In this document: positions 1 through 8,109 of the stretch, piece after piece | Layout: each line of letters opens with the position of its first letter | Position numbering within the stretch: the first letter of the stretch is position 1 | Source: Syntrophorhabdaceae bacterium | GTDB lineage: Bacteria; Desulfobacterota; Syntrophorhabdia; Syntrophorhabdales; Syntrophorhabdaceae | Direction of reading: 5' to 3' | DNA: 64,000 bases | NCBI GenBank assembly: GCA_963666485.2 | Contig: CAXXUO010000003.1 | Coordinates: 128,001 to 192,000, forward strand | Notes under the pieces: model-generated | Seen by the model: the letters and a program-made list of their open reading frames with translations, nothing else | Told to the model about the DNA's origin: nothing | Databases searched by the model: none | Position numbers and translations under genes: made by a program

Positions 1-741
1 CGGATCTTCGACAAGGTGACCGGGGAGAATGTCGGCAGACGGCTCGCCATTGTTCTCGACAACACGGTCTACTCCGCGCCGCAGATACGTGAAAGGATCT
101 CGGGCGGAAAGGCGTCCATTACGGGCGGTTTTACCGTCGACGAGGCGAAAGACCTCGCGATCGTCCTTCGCGCCGGTGCACTTCCGGCCCCGGTGAAGGT
201 TGTCCAGAATATTACGATCGGCCCGACCCTCGGTCAGGATTCGATCCACAAAGGCGTCCTGGCAACATTTCTGGCCGGTATACTCGTCATCATTTTCATG
301 GTCGTGTACTACCGGTACTCCGGCGTTATAGCCAACGTGGCGCTCGCCCTTAACCTGATCTACCTCCTCGGCGTCTTCAGCGCGTTCAAGGCGACGATGA
401 CGCTGCCCGGCATCGCGGGCATCGCGTTGACAATAGGCATGGGCGTTGATTCCAATGTACTTATCTTCGAAAGGATCCGGGACGAGCTGCGCCTGGGAAA
501 GACGGTGCGCGCGGCAGTGGATGGGGGATATGCCAAGGCCTGGGTGGCCATATTCGACTCGCATATCACCACGCTGATCACGGCCGCCGTTCTCTTTATA
601 TTTGGAACAGGGCCGATCAAGGGTTTTGCGATAACCCTGATCTTTGGAATGATCATAAATCTGTTTACCGCGGTGTTCGGATCGAAGACGATCTTCGACT
701 GGATACTTACGAAATACAAACCCAGGACATTGAGTATATAA
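1..741 (+). CDS. secD: Protein translocase subunit SecD (C-terminal part; starts before window)
   Basis: [47 protein letters not shown] motifs; followed by secF. Confidence 0.97.
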   Translation, partial: RIFDKVTGENVGRRLAIVLDNTVYSAPQIRERISGGKASITGGFTVDEAKDLAIVLRAGALPAPVKVVQNITIGPTLGQDSIHKGVLATFLAGILVIIFMVVYYRYSGVIANVALALNLIYLLGVFSAFKATMTLPGIAGIALTIGMGVDSNVLIFERIRDELRLGKTVRAAVDGGYAKAWVAIFDSHITTLITAAVLFIFGTGPIKGFAITLIFGMIINLFTAVFGSKTIFDWILTKYKPRTLSI

Positions 742-751
742 GGCGGCGCCC

Positions 752-1651
752 ATGATGGAGCTCATTAAAGATACGAAAATAGATTTTATCGGCCTTCGGA
801 AGACGGCATTCATTATCTCCGGGGTCCTCATAGCGATAGGGCTTATCTCTTTCATAATGATATCCCTCGGAAAGGCAAACCTGAGCATAGATTTCACCGG
901 GGGCACGAACGTACAGGTCCGGTTTGCCGATAAGGTCAATATCGGGGACTTGAGGCATGCGCTGGAGTCCGGCGGGATAAGCGATGTTCAGATCCAGGAG
1001 GTCAGCGGAACGCGGGACTTCTTTATCAAGACGAAGGTCTCGGATACTGAGAAGGAAGCAGTCTCCACGAAGATAACGACCATTCTTTCCACGAAGCTCT
1101 CGGGCACGAAATTTGAGGTGCTCGGAAGCAACATGGTCGGGCCGGGCGTTGGAAAGTCGCTCAAGAAGTACGCTATCATCGCGATCATACTCGCGCTGCT
1201 CGGGATTATTATTTATATCGCCTGGAGATTCACCTTTGCGTCGGGTATCGCTGCAACGATAGCAACGTTTCACGATGTGCTTGCTATCTGCGGGGTCTTC
1301 TATTTCCTTGGCAAGGAGTTCAACCTTCTCATTATTACGGCACTTCTTACCATCGCCGGGTATTCCCTGCAGGACACGGTCGTTGTCTTCGACCGCATAC
1401 GTGAAAATTCGGCGAAAATGAAGTCGCGCGATGATTTCGGTAATGTCATTAATAACAGCATCAATGAGGTGTTGAGCCGGACCATCGTCACCGGTATCAC
1501 GACACTGATCAGTCTAGCCGCGATAATGATCTTCGGCGGCGAAGTGCTCTTCGATTTTGCATTTGCCTTATTTCTCGGCCTTATCGTCGGGACCTATTCC
1601 TCGATCTTCGTAGCCAGCCCGATCGTGTATGCGTGGCGGAAGAAGATATAG
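752..1651 (+). CDS. secF: Protein translocase subunit SecF
   Basis: IDFTGGT, HDV, GYSLQDTVVVFDRIRE, GTYSSIFVASP motifs. Confidence 0.97.
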   Translation: MMELIKDTKIDFIGLRKTAFIISGVLIAIGLISFIMISLGKANLSIDFTGGTNVQVRFADKVNIGDLRHALESGGISDVQIQEVSGTRDFFIKTKVSDTEKEAVSTKITTILSTKLSGTKFEVLGSNMVGPGVGKSLKKYAIIAIILALLGIIIYIAWRFTFASGIAATIATFHDVLAICGVFYFLGKEFNLLIITALLTIAGYSLQDTVVVFDRIRENSAKMKSRDDFGNVINNSINEVLSRTIVTGITTLISLAAIMIFGGEVLFDFAFALFLGLIVGTYSSIFVASPIVYAWRKKI

Positions 1652-1653
1652 GG

Positions 1654-1887
1654 CGGCTAACGGCTAACGGCTTCTATCCCCCTGTTCGTCATTCAGGCGA
1701 AACGTTAATCCAGACCACCAACCGTCATTCAGACGAAACGGGAATCCATACCACCAACCGTCATTCCCGCGAAAGCGGGAATCCAGTGTCTTTGCTTTTT
1801 TAGTTTTTTCAATGCAGGATAATTCGAAGTATTCGAAATAAAAAACCAAAGACGCTGGATTCCGCCGCAAAAGCCGGCGGAATGACG
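1654..1887. repeat. CGGCTAA heptamers, three 36-bp tandem CGTC-REP units and an inverted partner REP
   Basis: CGTCATT starts at 1687, 1723 and 1759; third copy is CGTCATTCCCGCGAAAGCGGGAATCCAG; inverted CTGGATTCCGCC...GGCGGAATGACG ends at 1887. Confidence 0.9.
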
Positions 1888-1984
1888 AGTGGGGATATTC
1901 GGAGGTGTAAGTTTGGGTTGTCAGGATGATAGATGGTGTAATTGAACCACGATTTCTATCTACCTATACCTTACTCCTCATTGC

Positions 1985-2659
1985 TTACCCAATTATCTTT
2001 ATCTTCTTCTTCTCCGGCTTATTCCTCAGCAGAATGTACGTTGCGCCGGGGCCGCCGTCGGGCATTACTGCGTTTGAAAAGGCGGTGATCCATTTGCGGT
2101 GCATGGCCCGGACGATCCAGGTCTTGAGGTAGTCCTTTATTATCGGCTCACGCTTCGATTTAAGCCCCCGGCCGTGAATGACCTTGATACATTTGAGGTT
2201 CTTCCTTATTGCCTCGCTCAGGAAGAATTCAAAGGTCTCCCGGGCGCTTTCGATCGAGAGCCCGTGAAGATCGACGACCTGTTGGACCGAGAACTCGCCG
2301 TTGCGGAGTTTTTCCATGACAAGGGGGCTGACACCTTCTGCGTAGCCTTCCATGTATTCCGGGAGATTGGTGACGTTTATAAGGTTCCCGTCGGCGAGGA
2401 TGTTCTGAAGAAGCCTGTCTTCTTCGGTTTCTTTGCCGGGATGCGAAACGATTTCCGGCAGGGTCTTGCTCCGGACGCGATTGCCGCGTCTTGAGATCGT
2501 GCGAACACCTTCCATCGCCTCGCTGAAAAGATGATCGTCATCGTCCGGTACCGGATCGGGTTTATGGGCCGGCGTTTCTTTATCGAGTTCGATGTGTTTT
2601 TCTTTCAGAAAGGCTGACAGGCCGGCGAAGGGTCTGTTTATCGAATCGTTTCCATCCAT
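1985..2659 (-). CDS. Smr/MutS2 C-terminal domain protein
   Basis: VDLHG, VIHGRG and GGPGATYILL Smr motifs. Confidence 0.92.
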   Translation of the reverse strand: MDGNDSINRPFAGLSAFLKEKHIELDKETPAHKPDPVPDDDDHLFSEAMEGVRTISRRGNRVRSKTLPEIVSHPGKETEEDRLLQNILADGNLINVTNLPEYMEGYAEGVSPLVMEKLRNGEFSVQQVVDLHGLSIESARETFEFFLSEAIRKNLKCIKVIHGRGLKSKREPIIKDYLKTWIVRAMHRKWITAFSNAVMPDGGPGATYILLRNKPEKKKIKIIG

Positions 2660-2680
2660 GGAATACTGCCTGACAGGTAC

Positions 2681-3055
2681 TTAAGCTTCCATATCGCTGA
2701 CCGCGATCGAATACGTTTCGGCGATCTCCTGAAAATCGAGGAGCTTTACGTCAAATGCGCCTTTTTGGCCGGCCTCTAAGGCAATGACATCCGAGTAGTC
2801 TGCCAGCACCGCGTCCTTTGCATCAAACAATGTCACGGTGATGGTGATAAGCGCTTCTTCGAGCCTTTCGTTGGTAAGCCAGCCGGAGACCTTGGCCCAG
2901 AAAGGGAGTGCGAGAAGGCCGCAGCAGGGCATGAGCGAGGGGAGGAAGACCTCGCCCTCAATGGATATACCGTCAATGGAACGCATCCCTGTACATCGAG
3001 GCTCTTTCTGGTCCTGGGGGGTTATACACCCGATAAGGTTTTTCGTTGCGGTCAT
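2681..3055 (-). CDS. Small protein with FxLYD-like domain (start may be the ATG at ~2986)
   Basis: VSGWLTN...VTLFDAKDAVL...LEAGQKGAF pattern. Confidence 0.6.
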   Translation of the reverse strand: MTATKNLIGCITPQDQKEPRCTGMRSIDGISIEGEVFLPSLMPCCGLLALPFWAKVSGWLTNERLEEALITITVTLFDAKDAVLADYSDVIALEAGQKGAFDVKLLDFQEIAETYSIAVSDMEA

Positions 3056-3100
3056 GATTGCGATACCACGCTCCTTTTATTTACCACAGGTGGGGAACTT

Positions 3101-3129
3101 TTGACAACATCCGGTATTTATAATAAATT
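3101..3129 (+). promoter_or_regulatory. Putative sigma70 promoter of the TonB-family gene
   Basis: TTGACA-17 nt-TAAATT. Confidence 0.45.
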
Positions 3130-3153
3130 ACGAAAACAAGGGGTTATTCGTAA

Positions 3154-3861
3154 TTGAGGCAGGAAATGACCGAGGGCCGCTGTACCGCACTTTTATTCTC
3201 TTTTTTGCTGCATGGCATAATACTGGCAGCGCTCTTGATCACACCTTTGTTCGATACCGGAAAAGAATCCCCGATGATCTTAAGCTTAAGCTTTATCAAG
3301 CCGACCGGGACCGATCAGGCAGGTATCGGCTCCCGTCCGAAAAGCCGGGAAAGGCTGATAAATAAAGAAAATGCTTCACAGGCCGGGGCGCGGGACAGCG
3401 TCCGGAGTAATGAACCAAGCAGCCGCCAGGAGATTGCAAGAAAAAATGAGGCCGGCCCCGTTGATAGCGGTTCGGCCGGGCCCAAGGGACATTCGGGGGA
3501 TTCTGTCACGCATGGGGGCGTATCTTCTGCATCGACGGGAACGGGTTCGGGGGACGTTAAAAAACTCAATTATTCCGGGCCCGGCGGAGCGGACGAGCGT
3601 CATTTTTCCTTTATACGCGATACGATAATGCAGGGGATCACATATCCGGAGCGCGCGCGAAGAATGGGCTGGCAGGGGAAAGTCCTGCTCTCGTTCATTG
3701 TGCGGGAAAACGGGTCTATCGATGACGTGAAGGTCGTCACCAGTTCCGGCTTTCCGGTACTCGACGAGAACGCCCGCGAAACGATAGTCCGGACAAGTTT
3801 CAGGAAAAAAGTGCCTGTCAAATTATACGTTTTATTGCCGGTGGAATATAAGTTAAGATGA
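3154..3861 (+). CDS. TonB-family energy transducer
   Basis: N-terminal TM with SxxLH; C-terminal YPERARRMGWQGKV...SSGFPVLD TonB_C domain. Confidence 0.9.
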   Translation: MRQEMTEGRCTALLFSFLLHGIILAALLITPLFDTGKESPMILSLSFIKPTGTDQAGIGSRPKSRERLINKENASQAGARDSVRSNEPSSRQEIARKNEAGPVDSGSAGPKGHSGDSVTHGGVSSASTGTGSGDVKKLNYSGPGGADERHFSFIRDTIMQGITYPERARRMGWQGKVLLSFIVRENGSIDDVKVVTSSGFPVLDENARETIVRTSFRKKVPVKLYVLLPVEYKLR

Positions 3862-3863
3862 TT

Positions 3864-3929
3864 GGCGAGAGGCAATAGGCGAGAGGCAATAGGGCAGGAT
3901 TTACTGCCCATCGCCTACTGCCCATCGCC
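3864..3929. repeat. Heptamer fold-back element between convergent genes
   Basis: (GGCGAGA GGCAATA)x2 facing (TACTGCC CATCGCC)x2. Confidence 0.8.
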
Positions 3930-4682
3930 CAGAATTTCCAATTTCCTCGTAAACACCAGGTACCCCGTATGCGCGATCATCCGGTCGTTGGGGCGGACGC
4001 GCTCGGCGACTGTTTTATATTTTCGTATGAGGATCTCGAGGACCTCGGTATCTCCATATCCCTCTTCGAGCGCCTTGAGGACGTCCGATACCTGGTTGGC
4101 GGTGGGTAATATCATGCCGATCGGGGCGCTCATCTTCACGGCATCCCGCACCTTTTCAAGCACTGCCGGGGGCTCCCTGACATCGATGAACGCCGCATCG
4201 AAGGCTTCCCCCTCGTAACCGGTGAATTCCTCGTTGTGGAGTTCCACGTTATCCCAGTCGCAAAACCTATCGATGTTTCTTTTCGCGTTCCGGAAATGAC
4301 GTTCTTCCTGTTCGAATGAAACTACTTGTCCGTCCGGTCCGACGGCATGAGAAAGGATGAACGTGTTTGCCCCGCTTCCCGTGCCCACTTCAAGAATGCG
4401 CGAGCCTTTTTTCAGGCTCAGCCGGAACGCTATATAAAAGCTTTCCTTGGGGAAGACGATCTGTGTCTCGCGCTTGAGGCCGTACATGACGATATCCTCG
4501 ATCGTCGGCTCGAATATATCGTAATCGCCGATCCTGATTCCGTAAGGTTTCCCGATAAGGTCGCCGTACTTCAGCATCCCGCCCTTTCCGTGAAAGGACT
4601 GATCGGGTGCGATCCGCTTGAGATACCGCCTGCCGCGCCAGATTATCAATATGAGCTGCCCGTCTTCTATCACTTTTACCAT
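3915..4682 (-). CDS. trmI: tRNA (adenine-N1)-methyltransferase, TrmI/GCD14 family
   Basis: KRETQIVFPKE, EVGTGSG SAM-binding motif, VRPNDRMIAHTGYL. Confidence 0.9.
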   Translation of the reverse strand: MVKVIEDGQLILIIWRGRRYLKRIAPDQSFHGKGGMLKYGDLIGKPYGIRIGDYDIFEPTIEDIVMYGLKRETQIVFPKESFYIAFRLSLKKGSRILEVGTGSGANTFILSHAVGPDGQVVSFEQEERHFRNAKRNIDRFCDWDNVELHNEEFTGYEGEAFDAAFIDVREPPAVLEKVRDAVKMSAPIGMILPTANQVSDVLKALEEGYGDTEVLEILIRKYKTVAERVRPNDRMIAHTGYLVFTRKLEILGDGQ

Positions 4683-4714
4683 CGATCACCTGAAATATTT
4701 AATAAGATAAAACC

Positions 4715-4970
4715 CTGGATCCCGGCCTTCGTCGGGATGACGACGGACTTAAACTTTTCCGTCATTTCTGCGAAAGCGAATCCATTTTGTTTCAACGAAA
4801 AACCCAAAAGCAAAACCCTGGATCCCGGTGTCAAGCACCGGGATGACGGCACGAGTGAGATTCGGTGCCGCGCACCGGGATGACGGCACGAGTGAGATTC
4901 GGTGCCGCGCGCCGGGATGACGGCGAGTGCGGGAACCATTGTCCCGGGTCAAGCCCGGGATGACGACGGG
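4715..4970. repeat. Cluster of CGTC-REP palindromes with 37-bp tandem derivatives
   Basis: CTGGATCCCGG...CGGGATGACG units; CCGGGATGACG at 4838, 4875, 4912 and 4955. Confidence 0.88.
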
Positions 4971-4978
4971 TGCGAGAG

Positions 4979-5629
4979 CTATAGGATCACAAACTTCTTC
5001 ACATAATCGACGATCTCCTGGGGATCGTCCATGATCTTGAAGATGTCGAGGTCCTCTTTTGTTATCCTGCTGTGGGTCAACATCTGCTCTTTCATCCAGT
5101 CGATCAGCCCCTGCCAGTATTCGCCGTGGTAGAGAATGACGGGAAAAGGCTTCATCTTTTTTGTCTGGATAAGGGTGATCGCCTCGAAAAACTCGTCGAG
5201 CGTGCCGAAACCCCCGGGCATGACGATGTAGGCGACGGCATACTTGAGAAACATCACCTTCCGCACGAAAAAGTAGCGGTAGCTCAGCCGGACATTGGCA
5301 AATGGATTAGGTTTTTGCTCGAACGGCAGTTCGATGTTTATACCGACCGACTTGGAACCGCCGTCCCTGGCGCCCTTGTTTGCTGCTTCCATAACGCCGC
5401 CGCCGCCGCCCGTGATCACATTGAAACAATTCTTGGCAAAGAGTTTCGCGATATCGTATGTCTTCTCATAGAGCATTTCGCCCTTCTGGGTGCGAGCACT
5501 GCCGAAAATGGTAACGGCCGGACTTATTTCGCTCAAGCCCTCAAAGCCCTCGACGAATTCTGCCATGATATGAAAAAGCCGCCACGATTCCTTGAGGCTT
5601 ATATCATCTATAACATACTGTTTTTCCAT
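4979..5629 (-). CDS. LOG family (TIGR00730-like) nucleotide-binding protein
   Basis: IFGSAR, ITGGGGGVMEAAN, PGGFGTLDE. Confidence 0.93.
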   Translation of the reverse strand: MEKQYVIDDISLKESWRLFHIMAEFVEGFEGLSEISPAVTIFGSARTQKGEMLYEKTYDIAKLFAKNCFNVITGGGGGVMEAANKGARDGGSKSVGINIELPFEQKPNPFANVRLSYRYFFVRKVMFLKYAVAYIVMPGGFGTLDEFFEAITLIQTKKMKPFPVILYHGEYWQGLIDWMKEQMLTHSRITKEDLDIFKIMDDPQEIVDYVKKFVIL

Positions 5630-5706
5630 GAGTTCCCCTTTTGCCTTGAGATTTTGGGCGCTGACATATATTATTTAGATAGAAATTACTTGTCAAATTA
5701 AAACGA

Positions 5707-6525
5707 ATGGGCGAAATATTGATCGGGACGAGCGGCTTTTCTTTTGATGACTGGATAGGTGCGATCTATCCGCCCCGGACAAAGAAACAGGACATGCTCC
5801 CGTATTATTGCCGCAACCTCGGGTTCAAGACCCTCGAAGTTAATTATACGTATTATTCCATGCCGTCACGCAAAACGATGGAGTCGTTCGCACGCCGCAC
5901 ACCGGAGGATTTCGCTTTCGTCGTGAAGGCGTACAAGGATATGACCCATTCGGTAAAAAGCGACATCCGGGACACGTGCCGCTTTTTTAAAGAGGGTGTT
6001 GAACCTCTTGGCCCGAACCTTAAGGCGCTTCTCTTTCAGTTCCCGTACATGTTCCAGCCGACCGAAGAAAACATCGGGTATATCCGGCAGCTGAAAGACG
6101 AGTTCCAGGGATACGAATCGATTATAGAATTCCGGAACGCGCAGTGGTTCAATGAAAAATATTTCGAACTCTTGAAGAAGCTTTCGCTGGGGTTCTGTGT
6201 TGTCGACGAACCGAAGCTCAAGGGGCTCATGCCTTTCACGCCCGTTCTTACCTCGACAACCGGTTATTTCCGGTTTCATGGAAGGAACCGGTCCTGGTTC
6301 AGGGAGCCCGTCGACGTGCGGTACGATTATTTATATTCAGAAAAGGAATTGAGAGGATTTGTGGAACCCATCGTCGACATCGCGTCGCGGGCTGATGGCC
6401 CGACCTTTGTCTTCTTCAATAACTGCCATTCAGGGAAAGCGGCCACAAATGCCCTCATGCTGATAGAGCTTCTGAAAGAGAGGCCGGTATTTGATCCGGC
6501 GTTCAAGGCCGCTCCTCACAATTAA
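5707..6525 (+). CDS. DUF72 domain protein
   Basis: IGTSGFSFDDW, EVNYTYY, QFP, YFRFHGRN, FFNN. Confidence 0.93.
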   Translation: MGEILIGTSGFSFDDWIGAIYPPRTKKQDMLPYYCRNLGFKTLEVNYTYYSMPSRKTMESFARRTPEDFAFVVKAYKDMTHSVKSDIRDTCRFFKEGVEPLGPNLKALLFQFPYMFQPTEENIGYIRQLKDEFQGYESIIEFRNAQWFNEKYFELLKKLSLGFCVVDEPKLKGLMPFTPVLTSTTGYFRFHGRNRSWFREPVDVRYDYLYSEKELRGFVEPIVDIASRADGPTFVFFNNCHSGKAATNALMLIELLKERPVFDPAFKAAPHN

Positions 6526-6611
6526 TTGCGTCGAAAGGATTACTTCATCGTCTGCCCGATGACCGTGATCGTCGGGGCGTGTGACATCGCAGGTTTCTAA
6601 AGGGGAACTCA

Positions 6612-7967
6612 ATGAATACGGAAATATTCAGGGAATATGATATCAGGGGAGACGTTGAGCGCGACCTGGCGGACGATGTCGTGCGCGACATAGGCAGGGC
6701 ATTCGCCTCGCGTATGGTGTCGCTCGGAAAAAAGAAGGTATCGGTCTGCCGTGATTGCCGCCTGAGCTCTGAACACTACAGGGACCTTCTGGTAGAGACT
6801 ATGACCGGGTCGGGCCTCGATGTCACCGATATCGGACTTGCCCCGACGCCGCTCTTCTATTTCTCGCTGTTCAATCTCGCTGTCGAAGGGGGCATTATGG
6901 TGACGGGCAGTCATAACCCGCCGACCATGAACGGATTTAAGATCGCTGTCGACAGGGCCACCATTTACGGTGAACAGATACAGGACATACGAAGGACGAT
7001 CGAAGAGGGAAGATTCGTATCGGGAACGGGTTCGTACCGCCAGTACACGGATATCGTGAAAGATTACTACGCATACCTGCGCTCTCATATCAGCATCGGA
7101 AAGGACTTCAAGGTCGTCATTGACGCCGGGAACGGAACGGGGGGAGTCATAGCCGCCCCCATAATGCGGGAATTCGGCCAGAACGTGACTGAGCTCTTTT
7201 GCGATATGGACGGTCATTTCCCCAACCATTTCCCCGACCCCACGGTCGAGCAGAATCTCGTAACCCTCAAGAACACTATCCTCAAGGAGAAGGCCGACGT
7301 CGGCATCGGGTATGACGGCGATGCGGACAGGATCGGGGTGGTTGATGAAAAAGGCGGTATCATCTGGGGTGATTACCTCATGCTGATCTTTGCGCGGGAG
7401 ATCCTCAAAGAGCACGCGGGAGGCACCTTCATCTCCGAGGTGAAATGTTCCCGGAACCTCTTCGATGACATAGCGAAACGCGGCGGCGTCCCGGTCATGT
7501 GGAAGGCCGGCCACTCCCTCATCAAGCAGAAAATGAAGGAGACGCACGCCCTGATGGGCGGCGAAATGAGCGGCCACATCTTCTTCGCAGACCGCTTTTT
7601 CGGATATGACGATGCAATATACGCATCGTTGCGTTTCCTCGAAATAATGGAGCGCGACGGCCGCCCCGTCTCCGAGTTCTTAAGCGATCTCCCAAAAACA
7701 TACTCGACCCCCGAGATCCGTGTCGACTGCCCGGATAACGTGAAATTCGCCGTAGTTCGCGAACTGACCGAGCTTTACCGCGCGAAATACCCGATCATCG
7801 ACACCGACGGCGTCCGTGCAACCTTCGACGGCGGATGGGGGCTCGTTCGTTCTTCCAATACCCAGCCAATTCTCGTCCTGCGCTTCGAAGCCGACACACC
7901 TGAGGCGCTGGAGAGGATACAGAGTATGGTGATGGAAGATGTGGAGAAAATAAAAAAGAAGTTCTAG
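6612..7967 (+). CDS. Phosphomannomutase/phosphoglucomutase
   Basis: FREYDIRG, TGSHNP, DGDADR, GEMSGH. Confidence 0.96.
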   Translation: MNTEIFREYDIRGDVERDLADDVVRDIGRAFASRMVSLGKKKVSVCRDCRLSSEHYRDLLVETMTGSGLDVTDIGLAPTPLFYFSLFNLAVEGGIMVTGSHNPPTMNGFKIAVDRATIYGEQIQDIRRTIEEGRFVSGTGSYRQYTDIVKDYYAYLRSHISIGKDFKVVIDAGNGTGGVIAAPIMREFGQNVTELFCDMDGHFPNHFPDPTVEQNLVTLKNTILKEKADVGIGYDGDADRIGVVDEKGGIIWGDYLMLIFAREILKEHAGGTFISEVKCSRNLFDDIAKRGGVPVMWKAGHSLIKQKMKETHALMGGEMSGHIFFADRFFGYDDAIYASLRFLEIMERDGRPVSEFLSDLPKTYSTPEIRVDCPDNVKFAVVRELTELYRAKYPIIDTDGVRATFDGGWGLVRSSNTQPILVLRFEADTPEALERIQSMVMEDVEKIKKKF

Positions 7968-8102
7968 GTTCAAGGTTCAAAGTTCAAGGTTAAAGAAGGT
8001 GCCCGGAACCGTAAATTAGAACGGTGAAAAATTAATTGAACCTCGGATTAAATTTTGATGAATAGTCTTTTACCTTGAACCTTGAACTTTGAACCTTGAA
8101 CC
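7959..8102. repeat. Heptamer fold-back element, (G/A)GTTCAA unit
   Basis: GTTCTAG GTTCAAG GTTCAAA GTTCAAG on the left; TTGAAC(C/T) x4 on the right. Confidence 0.9.
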
Positions 8103-8109
8103 ATTAATT

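Noticed and set aside
1664..1870. Short ORFs with LDSRFRGND / RHPGA-type sequences (also 4676-4952)
   Set aside because: They are translations of REP palindromes
1687..4970. 36-37 bp periodic repeats as CRISPR arrays
   Set aside because: No unique spacers, only 3-4 units, REP-like palindromes, and no cas genes in the window
6609..7577. Long antisense ORFs (also 10742-11566, 32901-33728, 60171-61220)
   Set aside because: Shadows of well-supported genes in GC-rich coding DNA, with no motifs
8089..8109. MNLEP start of the radical SAM ORF
   Set aside because: Derived from TTGAACC heptamers; the ATG at 8110 is more plausible
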